Positions 21,955 through 32,814 of a stretch of DNA of 64,000 nucleotides are shown piece after piece. The DNA is from Cyanidioschyzon merolae (Eukaryota). Numbering within the stretch: the first letter of the stretch is position 1; every line of letters starts with the position of its first letter. The notes below the pieces were generated by a model, which saw only the letters and a list, made by a program, of their open reading frames with translations, did not search any database and was not told the origin of the DNA. Made by a program: the position numbers and the translations under genes. The DNA lies in NCBI GenBank assembly GCA_000091205.1, contig AP006501.2. One strand, written 5' to 3'.

Positions 21955-22557
21955 GTGATGACTCTTTCGGGAGCGTCGTCGTCTAAGGAAGCCCGCTTGC
22001 GGAGCCTTCTGCTCAGCTATGAAGACGCTGAACGCAAGCGAGGAAACCCGGTTCCCTGGCTGAAAACGGAGGAGTTGCGGTCACTCCTGGAGACTGCCGG
22101 CGGGGAGCGGCGCGTCATTCTTATTGACGTTCGTGAAGAGCCGGAGCGTCGGGTCTCTGTCCTTAGAGGCGCGCTCTCGCCTGCACAGATAGAAGGGCTC
22201 TTGAATACCCCAACGACGAGTGAGAACAGTGCCGCGCGGAACAACCTCTCCACGGATACGATGCTTCTGGTTCCGTACTGCACTGCCGGCGTCCGCAGCG
22301 CAGCATACGCCAAATCCCTAATGGCGCAGTACCCTCAATGGGCCGCATGCGTTCGGAACGGAGAGGGTATTATCCGTGCAACTTACGTGATTCCCGAATA
22401 TATTGTGGATCCTGTATCTGGGAAACCCACGAGCAGCGTGCACGCTTATGGGGCAAAATGGGATCTCGCGGCGCCATCGTTCGAAACCGTCCTCTTTTCG
22501 CAGTGGGAGCGACTAGCGCGCACCCTGCGCCCGCCGAGTGGTCGTCTGCATCTGTGA
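21955..22557 (+). CDS. single-domain rhodanese-like (sulfurtransferase-type) protein
   Basis: 200-aa ORF. RVILIDVREEPE...CTAGVRS shows a CX4R rhodanese catalytic loop (6-residue loop, sulfurtransferase type). Confidence 0.68.
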   Translation: MMTLSGASSSKEARLRSLLLSYEDAERKRGNPVPWLKTEELRSLLETAGGERRVILIDVREEPERRVSVLRGALSPAQIEGLLNTPTTSENSAARNNLSTDTMLLVPYCTAGVRSAAYAKSLMAQYPQWAACVRNGEGIIRATYVIPEYIVDPVSGKPTSSVHAYGAKWDLAAPSFETVLFSQWERLARTLRPPSGRLHL

Positions 22558-22580
22558 CGGCACCAGTACCTTAGGGCCCG

Positions 22581-23960
22581 TTATCAGGTGAAAATCGACG
22601 ATTGGATTAGACGCTTTGCGTCTATCTTTCGATATTTTTCGATCTTTTTTACTTGGGCTGCATCAACGTTCAAGGTAGAGCAACAAGAGCTTGGGGATGC
22701 ATGCGGAATTTTATATTTTCGGTCGTGTTTTCGTGGAGGCTCCTTCGATTCCCTGACGCTGCAATTCGATTTCACCACCGGAATCATGATGAGTTCCAGC
22801 GCCGTCGATCACGGGTTTCGCATCATTAAAACAATACCATCATCCACGCATGTGCAGTCGCCTCGATTCCTCTCGATTGCTTGCCTGGCCTCTGCGTCAA
22901 TCACGCATTCTTCAAGGTGTTCGATGTGTCTGTTTCAGGCAACTCGTGGACGCAGCAATGCGGATCTCTGGATTGACGAGGAAACAAAATACGCGACGAT
23001 GTCCGCTGGCGACGTATTCACAGGCTCATGCGGCGAGTTCATGGAACCGCTTACGTCAGGAAGCCTGTTCCATTTGGAAAAAACAAAGCCGCCGCTCTCC
23101 GTGGCTATCGTCGAACCGAGATCCGACACAAGCATTGCCCATCACGAAGTATGGTCCCAGAAGCTTCTGTGCATTCCGCTTGCATGGAATAGCGTCCTGG
23201 ACGAGGGCTGCAGTCATCGCCGCAACCGGTTCCACTAATGAGCGCGTCACGGCCGCATACGAAGGCAGCGTGGACCGTCCTGGATTTCTCGCCTGGATCC
23301 CGATTCTGGAGTTCCATTCAGGTGCTTGTTTCATCACGGGCAATACTGCATTCCATGGCTGCGCTACCGCATGGAGCAGCGTGCGCTTGCGTGCCCAGCA
23401 GATAGCGTACTCGCCGCGGGAATCGTCCAGAAGGAGCCCGTGATCATCGTGCATGTCACCGGGCACAGGAACGGAGGAAGGCATCGACAGAAGCCTTCTT
23501 TACCAGTCAACAACATGCACGGAACGGCGAAGGAAGTGCTCACGCGGCACAGGGCGGCGCTTCGGAACGGGATGCATTGTGGGTATACGGGAATCCCTGA
23601 GTACCGCGACGTGTCACCGCTGAGCGTGGTACACTCTGTCTGTATGCGAAGGCGATGACTCTCGCATGCAGCGTCTAGATCGCAACGACATTCTATGCCT
23701 AGGGTGCGAGAACGGCATCCGAAACCAGCGATATTGGGACTTTCAGAGTACTAGCAGTGTCTCTCGACTGCTATGAACGGATCTGCAAAAAAAAGGTACA
23801 CTGGAGAATATACAACCGCATGAAAGTGAACAGAAAAGGAAGCACGCACACAGCGTTGCCACAGACGCTGGTGTCGATACCACTAGCTAGAGACCAAGGC
23901 TCTAGCGTGCACCCCTGTGTTCGCGCACCCGTTCCATTTGGTACGAACACGGGTAGAGGC
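22581..23960 (+). repeat. copy A2 of family-A repeat; begins 24 bp after the rhodanese stop codon
   Basis: Reverse-complement match to A1 along its whole length. ORF-track proteins in A1 and A2 differ by only a few residues. Confidence 0.85.
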
Positions 23961-24307
23961 TCAAGTGTACGAAAAATTCGCACAGCTCCTGTGCCGAAGA
24001 TTATATATATACCTAAAAATACATTTTAATTCCAATTTATACAGGTTCTGCAAGTCGACCTCGTCGACCACACGGCACCATCGGCGCGCGCACTGACGAA
24101 CACGTGGCTCAACTGCAGCGTCCGCATGTCGGCCGCATCTGCACAACGCCGCTGCATTTCAAAACGAGCCAGCAGCGCTCCTGGCATGGGACGTCTGCAT
24201 CGCCGCTTCGTTGCGACGTGGCAACGCCTGCGCGAACCCGAGAACGGGACGCGAGGTGCTCACGCGTGCGCCGCGAGCGCTCCTCTGTGAACAGCTTACC
24301 TCGTTGA

Positions 24308-24913
24308 GTGATCTTTTGCGTCTTCTTGACTTGTACAATGGATACCTCGCTCGTTTTCAGTAGCTCAGCTGACGTTTTCGGTGTGGACGTTAGGTACACG
24401 TACAAAGTTGATGACAAAACGAACTTTGTACTGCGTGGACTAGCGAACAAAGAAAAGCCTAAACCTTTCGATCACCACTCGGGAGAGTATATCCGGGGTT
24501 GCCTGGTGCATCACTTCCGCACCGTTCCCGACTGGCCAGTGGATGTGAAGCTAATTGCCTGGGCTGCGCAGGGTAAGAACCAAGACCGCTGGGGCGTTAA
24601 AGCCGTCGCTATGAAAACGCTCGCCGTTGATGAAGATACAAAAGCAGAAGCGCGTTTGGTGTTTTCAAATCGCCCCCTAGCGGAGAACCGCAATAGTCTG
24701 CTCTATGGAACGCTGAAACGTACCTTCCGTATTGCCGACGATGAATGGGTGGGCGGCCTCCAGTGTCGCACGGACGGACGTTGCGTTCTCGGGGTTCGGA
24801 ACGGAATGCTGAGCGTCCAAAAAGTGCTTTCCCAGGGTGGACCGACTGGTGAGCCTGGCGAGTGGCGGGCCAAGTACTCTCTCAGTGGTAATGCACCTAG
24901 GCTCTTCTTCTAA
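24308..24913 (+). CDS. hypothetical protein (no recognised domain)
   Basis: 201-aa ORF with coding-like, non-repetitive composition in a gene-sized gap. Probable start at an internal Met (MDTSLVF...). No family recognised. Confidence 0.4.
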   Translation: MIFCVFLTCTMDTSLVFSSSADVFGVDVRYTYKVDDKTNFVLRGLANKEKPKPFDHHSGEYIRGCLVHHFRTVPDWPVDVKLIAWAAQGKNQDRWGVKAVAMKTLAVDEDTKAEARLVFSNRPLAENRNSLLYGTLKRTFRIADDEWVGGLQCRTDGRCVLGVRNGMLSVQKVLSQGGPTGEPGEWRAKYSLSGNAPRLFF

Positions 24914-26278
24914 ATAGCGGTGGGAACAAACCTGGGTAAAGCGCACACCCAGATGCGGATGAATTTTCGGGGGCCAGTCTCCAAAGCGATGACCGAGCCG
25001 CTGGCTATGTTTACGAAAGAATGCATTTCACTGGACGCATAGGTCTGGGGGCAACGCCCTGTTTTGTCGAGGAAACGGCGATTATGAGTCGTAAAAAACG
25101 AAAATAAGTCTTATGTTTATGATTGGTGCAATGTTTGCCTGGACGCTTGCCAGAAGACCGTTTTTAAATGAAAATCTGCTCTTCGGGAAAGCATTGGGTA
25201 GCGGTCCTCGACCGAAATCGTGTCGCTCTTGGCAACCCGGGAGTGTCCAGCGGTTGCCGTTGCGGCCTGGTGATCATGCTAGGTAGATGCCATTGACGCA
25301 TCGTATTGGCAACCACATATGCAGCCTCGCATAGCGCTTGTTCGGTACGACATCGGACGCAGGTTGGAACGTTCATAGACTGGGCATCCCGTCGACTAGC
25401 TATACCCATTTGTAAAGGTGCCTAGCTCGCTCAGGTCTGTGGGAGTTTCAGCATTGGTTTGGTCGCAGCGTGCTGTTTTGCACGCCGCTGTGGTTTTACG
25501 CGTGAGTCACTCATCTTGGGCGAGTCTGGTGAATTGTGCTCGCGCTTCCACTGGGCAGTATCCACGCTATGAAAGTACTACCCGCGTGTTCAATAGCATG
25601 CCAAATCAAAACGTAGGATCAACGAGTTTTTTCGGTTGGCAAAAAGCTCTTCCTGGGCCCTTCTTTGGATCCAAAGTACGTCGTCGAGCAGCATACCTGA
25701 TCACTCTTTCGTCAAGGAATTGAACCATACTTGAGATACCTAGGGCATCCTGATACTCGATAGACCGCTTGGACGACGATCACAGCGCCGCCCTCTTCGT
25801 CTGTCTGGGGCCGAGAACCCTGGTCGCAGCGCGCACCTCGCTGGGGGTCATATGCGGAAACTGCAGCCTTCTAGTGCACAATCGGCGCGTGCTCCATCCA
25901 GGCAAATGAGACCCGAACGAACGCCTCTTACAGCGTTATCGGCGTCGATGACGATACCGGCTGTCGCCTGGAGGACATCGGACTCGGCGAAGGAGAGCCC
26001 TGGTAAGACTCATCGATGCTGCTCCATACTGTCAACTGATGCTCAATACGGTTTATCCTTGGTAAGATGCATCGGTGCTGGCCCATGCAACCAAATGGGG
26101 CTCATGACGCTCGTCCGGACGTCATCGACTGCATGTTTCTGCAGCATGATGGACGTTTCCCTCGGACGTGAGCTAAAAATTGCATCACCAGAGGCTGCCG
26201 AGCTCACCTCAAGGATCTGTCGATCGAGAAGCGATCCGCCGTAAGGCGCATCGGCATCGATGGTAGATCCCGGTTGCA

Positions 26279-27628
26279 GTGGCGAGTGAATGCGGCTGTT
26301 GGAAAAAAGGTCATTCAGGAAAGCGTACTTGCAAAATGAGCGACAGGGAACTTGGTCTCCCGGCGCTGATGAAAGCACACAGTAGCTTGGGCTACTTGAG
26401 TGGAGGCGTCTGTTTGCTCGCAGGTACGCTCGTTGCGCGCTACGCTCGTTTCTGGCGGCACTGGTATGTGGCACACGTCGTTCTACAAGTCACAGGTTTC
26501 CTGCTAACGCTACTTGGCTTTTGTTTGACGGAGATATGGCACCAGGGTTTTTTGGTTATGCAGGATTTGCATGCTTGGAACGGATTCGCTTTTCTCTGTC
26601 TATACTTTGGTCAACTGTGGCTGGGGATGCTCCGTCCACACGCGGCGAGTCGTTGGCGTCCTCTGTGGCGTCGAGCGCACGCAGCTGTCGGGGTGTTGCT
26701 TGTGGCTGACTACATCGTTCAGCTCTACAGTGGTATCCATCGACTCTTTCGCATGTTCAACTTACCAAACGCAAGATACTTTATTGTGTGGAGCGTAGCG
26801 CTGGGCGTTTTTGCGGTGTCCATCGTTCTGTTGGAACCGACACGGTGGCCACCCAGCCGTTCAGTGGTGAAGCACTGGCGCCTTGACGCACAGCGATACG
26901 CGTACCGTACTCGTGTGTTATTGATTACAATCACTGCACTGTGTGCTGCTTTCCTGGTATTTCTGGTGCTTCTGTTGACCAACCAGAGCTTCGCTCCATG
27001 GAGCAACGATGGCGGCATGAGCGGTATGCCGGCCATGCCGATGCATACGACCTTTTTCTGGTATGATGAACGCGGCTTCAATCTATGGTTCTCTTCGCTG
27101 GTTGTGATCGGTGTTGGTCGTCTTATTGCCGCTGGGATTCTGGTGGCAACGCTTGCGTACACTGCGAGCTTTGCCCTGCACGTCGTGATGCGAAGCGGTT
27201 CACCAAGAGGACCGCAACCGGCGCAAACGAATGCACCGAAAATGTCTTGGGTTGCACGTGCGCTCGTTCACGTGTGTTTGGTTGCATTGCACTATCTGCT
27301 GATGTTAGCTGTCATGACATACAGCGTTCCGCTCCTTTTGTCTATTCTAATAGGCCACGGCCTGGGTGCGTTGGGGTCGAACTTTTGGCGTTCGAGCGGC
27401 GACACAGCGGCGTTCAACAGCGACACGGAAGAGAAGCTCCTGGAGCCAAGCGCAGAGCGTTATGCATCGCCAAAGATCCCAGATGGGAAACAGGATCTGC
27501 GGGTCTTGCTCAATGCAGACTGCTGTGCTTCTTCGACGTGTTGCGGTTCAAAGTGTACCTGTGAACCTGGTCGCTGTTTCTGTGGAATCGAGGTGTGCAG
27601 CGATAAGCGCTCCAGCTGTTGCACCTGA
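26279..27628 (+). CDS. cytochrome b561 / ferric-reductase-like transmembrane domain protein with C-terminal metallothionein-like Cys-rich tail
   Basis: 449-aa ORF with multiple hydrophobic helices and paired His typical of b561-type di-haem proteins (HWYVAHVV..., HAWNGFAF..., HAAVGVLL...). The last 35 aa contain 12 Cys (CCASSTCCGSKCTCEPGRCFCGIEVCSDKRSSCC). Confidence 0.65.
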   Translation: MASECGCWKKGHSGKRTCKMSDRELGLPALMKAHSSLGYLSGGVCLLAGTLVARYARFWRHWYVAHVVLQVTGFLLTLLGFCLTEIWHQGFLVMQDLHAWNGFAFLCLYFGQLWLGMLRPHAASRWRPLWRRAHAAVGVLLVADYIVQLYSGIHRLFRMFNLPNARYFIVWSVALGVFAVSIVLLEPTRWPPSRSVVKHWRLDAQRYAYRTRVLLITITALCAAFLVFLVLLLTNQSFAPWSNDGGMSGMPAMPMHTTFFWYDERGFNLWFSSLVVIGVGRLIAAGILVATLAYTASFALHVVMRSGSPRGPQPAQTNAPKMSWVARALVHVCLVALHYLLMLAVMTYSVPLLLSILIGHGLGALGSNFWRSSGDTAAFNSDTEEKLLEPSAERYASPKIPDGKQDLRVLLNADCCASSTCCGSKCTCEPGRCFCGIEVCSDKRSSCCT

Positions 27629-27796
27629 TCCAGTACGTCAGGCATCGAGGTCTCACGAGGGAGCCCTTGTCGGCTTGAAAATGCATTGCATCGAGCCGAT
27701 GCTCGAGCAGGCATCGCGAAATTGGTGTTTCTTTCTAGGACGCGGACGGCAGGACGCACGATGCCGTAACAGTATCCGGGGATAGGCTTGGATCTT

Positions 27797-27835
27797 GCAG
27801 GGTCGGTCGGTCGATCGGTCGGTGGGTCGACTGAC
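27797..27835. repeat. (GGTC)n-like microsatellite
   Basis: gggtcggtcggtcgatcggtcggtgggtcgactgac read directly. Confidence 0.8.
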
Positions 27836-29694
27836 CCCTGATGCAATTGGAGAATACCGCCATTGGCCAAGAGCATGGACGCGTCCGCAAAAGAGGTGAG
27901 GTCGACGCCGCGTTCACCATCGGCTCTCGGGGACTCTTGTGCTTCTGGTTCGCACACTTGATCCTGCGGCATCCGAACTTGGCTCGAGTGAACAACGCCT
28001 CGAGCCGACGCCCTCTGTGCTATAGAAAAGCCGTTCTGTCTCCATGCAGCGACCGCACCCGCACTATAGGAGCCATTGCGGTCGCTTTCGGCAGGCTCGG
28101 CACACGATAGAACGTATGAAACGACCAGAATATCCGAGAAAAAGTACAGGTAATGTAACGTGGAGGTAGAATATTTGATGGATACTTCACCGCGCAATGA
28201 AAAAACACAAAAAGAAAGGAGAACGCGCACAATCGGAGAACGCTGGCCTAAGTAAACGTTTAGTCAAATTTACATCCGACCTTGGCTGCTCTTGCTTTGG
28301 GAGAGCTCTCAACTCGCACAGGTGATATGGAGCACGCAAGGAAGAGAATCACTGGCATCCCTGGTCGTGTCGGAACTTGCATCCTTTCGAGATGCAGGCA
28401 CACAGATACCGCATTCCAAAGTCGTTGCCAACGGCAAGTGATGCACAGATTTCTTTGTGACATCTCGAGTATTCGACGGATCCTGAACCTGTAACGGGAA
28501 GTTTGCAGCTCTGGGATCGCTTCGAGGCCAGGTTGCGCCCCCCTCCCGGCACCGTTTCTCATGAAGGCATGCGCAGGCGCTGCCTCGCACTGACGAACAT
28601 CATGGGCACTTTGAGCCGTGCTCTCTCTGTACGGCCGCTGGTGCGGCCGGCATCATAGTCAGGTTCGGCATCCTCAGGATCTGGGTTGTTGGACCGATGG
28701 AACCCCGTGTTCCTGACCGAGAGGCTGGACTTGAGCGTATGGAACTTAGTCATGCCAGGAGGAGAAGGATGGCTTATTCCCTGCTCGCCGGTGTATACTG
28801 CATGTCCAGGGTTCCCGGCTAGGTGTATCGACCATGAAAAATGCTTTGACCCTCGTTAGGTCTCAGCTCGTAACCCAACCAGCGTCGCTACAAGAGCGTC
28901 GCGCTCTCCATGATAGGAATAGGGGAACAACTGCCCATGAGCATCAGAAACAGGATTCAGGGATCCTGCGTAACATTCGTTGATCCCGTACCATGAAATA
29001 AATCCGCCCTTGAGCCGTACAAGCGGCAGATGAGGCGTTGCGAATGCCCGCAAGCCGGAAGAACAAGGACCTTTGAGATATTTTATGTGGGCACGCGGGC
29101 TAGGGTACGAGACGCTGTGCATTCGCCCAGAGCGGAGGGGTTCCGCGAACCTGCCTTGCGCGTTGAGTACACTGCTACATAACCCCCGGATGCAAGTTTC
29201 GCTTTGTATTGGAAGCGACGAATCCAGCGAATTCGGTACAACAGAGCGAGGCGGTATTGCCAGGCGTCTTGCGGGAGCTGCTTCCGGCAAGACGCACGCC
29301 TACGCTGCTCGCGCATCCACATAAAAAGTCCCGCGTCTTTTTCTCCAGCTCAGTACTCTTTCCTGATCTTTACATTCAACCCTAAAGTCATCTGCGAGAA
29401 GCAACAAAGTTCCTCATAGCCGCACAGCGACACGAAAATTACTCTTTGACTCGCGAAAATCTCCCCCGTAACTTAATTGGGCATACAAATACGCACCAAG
29501 GAGCGAGACGACGAGATTCAGTACCTTGAACGCGCCGAGTAGGATCACGAGCGAGGACGCTCTCTAGGCTGCTCGCTGTGTTCGACGGCAGTGACTGCAT
29601 CTGCGCTGCGGAAACAGCCTTCGCTGTAGCTCCGTACCGCGACGCTGCGCGCAAATGAGACGTAGCGTGCTGGTCCCAGACACGGCACGCGTGT

Positions 29695-30837
29695 TTACTT
29701 TCGACGTGCCGCTTTGGACTCAGACGGCGCATGCGTCGGTACGATGACGCTTTTCGCATAATCGCGCACCACGCCGTTTTTGCGCTCCTCTTCGATCTGC
29801 TCTTTGATCCAAAGGTACGTTCTTCGGAGCCCCTCTGCGAGTGGGATTTGTGGCTCCCACCCGAGCACTTTGCGACAGAGGTCGTTATTCGAGTTGCGCC
29901 CACGAACGCCTTCTGGCCCAGGAATATGCTTGATCTTCAGCTTCTTGTTCTCAAATGTCATGATAAGCTCCGCCATATCGTTCATGGATATCATCTCCTC
30001 GGAGCCGATGTTCAACGGCTCCGCGAAATCGGAATCCGTTAGACGAATGACGGCCTCCACCGCATCGTCGATGTAGAGGAAGGAACGCGTCTGCTTGCCG
30101 TCGCCCCACATTTCGAACTCACCGTCCGAAGCGATCACCTTTCGGCAAAAGGCAGCTGGTGCTTTTTCGCGACCACCTTGCCAGGTTCCCTGCGGCCCGT
30201 ACACATTGTGAAAACGCCCAATACGCGTCTCAATGCCGAAATCTTTCCGATAATGCATGCACAACTGCTCGGACATGAGTTTCTCGAGTCCGTATGCGTC
30301 CTGGGGTTGCGCCGGCCACGCATCCGACTCTTTGAGGCCCTGCTGCATATCCTCTTTCATCTGAGCGTACTCGGGATATACGCAAGCGCTTGAAGCATAG
30401 TAAAACCGTTTCACACCATTGACACGGGACGCTTCAAGCATGTGCAGACTGATCAAACTGTTGTTGTACAAGATAACACTATGGTTGCTCTGGATGAAGC
30501 CCATACCGCCCATATCTGCCGCAAGGTTGTAGACCGTATGACAGTTACTCGAAATCTGCTTACAGTTTTCGTACTCACGCAGGTCCACCAGGTGAAACTC
30601 ATCGCAAAAGTCCTCCTTGCGCATGTACTCGTTTTCCTTCCAGTCCGCTGCGACGACGTAGTAACCCAGTTGCTTCAGTCGCTTCGCCAGGTGCGACGCA
30701 ATAAAACCGCCTGCGCCAGTGACACAGACCCGTATCTTCCCATCGACTTTCATAGAGTCAGGCACTTGGCTAGGATGCGGCGCAGGCATACTTGTGCGTG
30801 TTTGTGAACGTACGTCACCGACGAGCAACCCTAGCAC
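29695..30837 (-). CDS. GME: GDP-mannose 3,5-epimerase (NAD-dependent epimerase/dehydratase); likely true start at internal Met (~30789)
   Basis: 380-aa ORF matching plant GME almost block for block (VTGAGGFIASH, DWKENEYM, FHLVDLR, NLAADMGGMGFIQSNHSVI, YASSACVYPE). Confidence 0.92.
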   Translation of the reverse strand: MLGLLVGDVRSQTRTSMPAPHPSQVPDSMKVDGKIRVCVTGAGGFIASHLAKRLKQLGYYVVAADWKENEYMRKEDFCDEFHLVDLREYENCKQISSNCHTVYNLAADMGGMGFIQSNHSVILYNNSLISLHMLEASRVNGVKRFYYASSACVYPEYAQMKEDMQQGLKESDAWPAQPQDAYGLEKLMSEQLCMHYRKDFGIETRIGRFHNVYGPQGTWQGGREKAPAAFCRKVIASDGEFEMWGDGKQTRSFLYIDDAVEAVIRLTDSDFAEPLNIGSEEMISMNDMAELIMTFENKKLKIKHIPGPEGVRGRNSNNDLCRKVLGWEPQIPLAEGLRRTYLWIKEQIEEERKNGVVRDYAKSVIVPTHAPSESKAARRK

Positions 30838-31114
30838 GCTACCAGTGGATATCGATGGGATGCCTGGACGGCGGACGCGCTTGCGGTGATCGATGCATCG
30901 ATTTTCCGCCTAGCGCAGACAGCCACTTCCGCCTCTGCCAACGGGGTGGCGCATCGACAGAGCGACGACCTCACCGCCGCCGCGGCCGCCCAGCGAACGT
31001 CCACAAGGTGAATCCAGCATGCGTTGCTAGGTGATGCGCTGGAGGCGTTTTCGCCAATCGCATGCAGCATCGCGTGTTTGGCGCAGCCCGATGCCGCAAA
31101 TCCCTTGAAGCAAT

Positions 31115-31152
31115 GGCGGTGGCGGTGGCGGTGGCGGTGGCGGTGGCGGCGT
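31115..31152. repeat. (GGCGGT)6 hexanucleotide microsatellite
   Basis: ggcggtggcggtggcggtggcggtggcggtggcggcg read directly. Flanked by cgcgacgcgaggcgacgcgatg. Confidence 0.9.
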
Positions 31153-31305
31153 TGCCGCGACGCGACGCGAGGCGACGCGATGCAATGGATGATGGGCGAT
31201 GCCTGCGTGCAGTGCTTCGTGCCAAAATCGTCAAAGCGCTGGCATTCAGGGATTTGTAAAGGCGAGCGTCGTTGTAGACGAGTATACTGACGGACAGAGC
31301 GTCAC

Positions 31306-31749
31306 TTGAGACCTAGAATGTTCGAGAATAGTAATCTAGTTCTTCCACCGTACTACGGGTATGTGCTACTTGACCTTGTTGGCGTTTTCATGGAGCAGAT
31401 GTACTTTTCGGTACAGGTGATGCGAGCCCGGCGTCGGTATAACGTGCCGTACCCGAACCAGTTCGAGCAGAAAACAGAAGGTGTTTCCCGTTTCAACTGC
31501 ATCCAGCGGGCACACATGCAGTTTATGGAAACCTGTATCTTCTTTGTTCCAGCGCTGCTGTTTGCTGGACTTGAGCATCCTCGAGAGGCAGCTGCGTTCG
31601 GCTTGATCTTCTTGATCGGACGTCTCGTGTTTTTCCACGGATATGCGAGCGGCGATCCTCAAAAGCGTCTGCGCGGTGCATTTTACGTCATAGGCGTGCT
31701 TGGAAACCTGGCTTTGTGTGTGCGGAGCGCGCTCAAGCACCTTGCGTAG
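31306..31749 (+). CDS. MAPEG-family membrane protein (microsomal glutathione S-transferase 3 / LTC4-synthase-like)
   Basis: 147-aa ORF with hydrophobic helices and the MAPEG signature FNCIQRAHMQFMET (NCxQRxH). Start possibly at Met5 (MFENSN). Confidence 0.72.
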   Translation: MRPRMFENSNLVLPPYYGYVLLDLVGVFMEQMYFSVQVMRARRRYNVPYPNQFEQKTEGVSRFNCIQRAHMQFMETCIFFVPALLFAGLEHPREAAAFGLIFLIGRLVFFHGYASGDPQKRLRGAFYVIGVLGNLALCVRSALKHLA

Positions 31750-32814
31750 GAGGGCGCGTTCCGTGGCAGGCTGTTGCGCACAGATAGGTTGCTGTCGCGC
31801 GCCTGGCTCTGTCCCAGGTCTCGGACGATGGAGTGGAGCGTTTCGGTTGACCCAGTGCTATCGCAATGTCTCCAGGAAATGTAAAGCAATAGAAAACTTT
31901 TGAGCAGGTACCTTCAGGAATCCGTAGAGCCCTTGCTGCTGTTTCGTGATCCCACGTCTCCCAGATGACAGGTCAGGGGGCGGTTGCATCGGGAATGCGG
32001 TGGCTGAACAGGATGCCGGTCGTCGATCCGGTGGATACGCTTGCCCGCTAGCCGAGTCCAGATCCGAGTGAACGATTTCGTTTGCAACTGGAGACCGCCT
32101 TGCACTGCATTCATGCTGTGACAGTGAAGATTCCGGGATTCCGTAACTGCGCTCGATCGCAGTGATGTTGCAGCTCGCGGCAAAAGACGTCTAGCGACAC
32201 CACCACGGACGCACGCTCACGAATATCGATGCTGAAAGAGCAGCTGTGGTTCCATGTCGGTTTTTCGGAAGAGTTCAAATATGGCAGGCGACGAGCGTTG
32301 CCAGCGTTGGATACCCTAGAGAGAACGACAACAGGGAAGCATACGAGTCTAGCGTACCGCGAACGAATATCAAGTCCGTCCCTGGCCTATCCACTATTGC
32401 GCAGATGGACGTGGGCACCAGATCGTTACACCCGTGAGCAAATACTTCTCCATGTCGTTGTCTGTAAAGCCTGCGCCTTATAATTCTATCAAGAACCATG
32501 AAAAGACATACGCGAAGAAATCAAGCCTTACAAAGGGCCGCAAAACATCAACGCCATCTGTGTCGTCGCAAAGCACCTACGCAGAAACCCGTCATGGCCA
32601 TAGCACGATCCTGTGGCACCGAGACTTGGCATCCATTGTTATGTGAAGGCAGATATTCCATGAATTCTACCAGACCCATGTCAGAGGAACATGGAACGTG
32701 TCTACTCTGCTGACTCGGGCGTACAATCGAAAGTTTGGGACTCTTTTTAATGCCATCAGCACCAATATTCGCCGAATTTTGCGTGACTGCTTCTTTTTGT
32801 GTTTCATGTCCCGA

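Noticed and set aside
22584-24029. Long ORFs inside repeat family A (e.g. 197-aa MCSRLDSS…, 216-aa …MMSSSAVDHGF…, 142-aa MPSSxPVPGDMHDDHGL…) considered as transposase, RT or other element-encoded proteins
   Set aside because: ORFs occur on both strands in all frames and overlap one another, with no DDE, RT, integrase, gag or helicase motifs and low-complexity Arg/Ser/Ala-rich composition. This is the usual pattern for chance ORFs in GC-rich non-coding DNA. The ORFs are conserved between copies only because the DNA is near-identical.
27460-28230. 256-aa minus-strand ORF overlapping the 3' end of the cytochrome b561 gene
   Set aside because: It is antisense to a well-supported gene over a third of its length, with no recognisable domain and low-complexity composition. 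Likely a chance ORF.
28856-29290. 144-aa minus-strand ORF downstream of GME (…YGINECYAGSLNPVSDAHGQLFPYSYHGERDALVATLVG)
   Set aside because: No family recognised and it overlaps opposite-strand ORFs of similar length. It could be a small gene but the evidence is insufficient.
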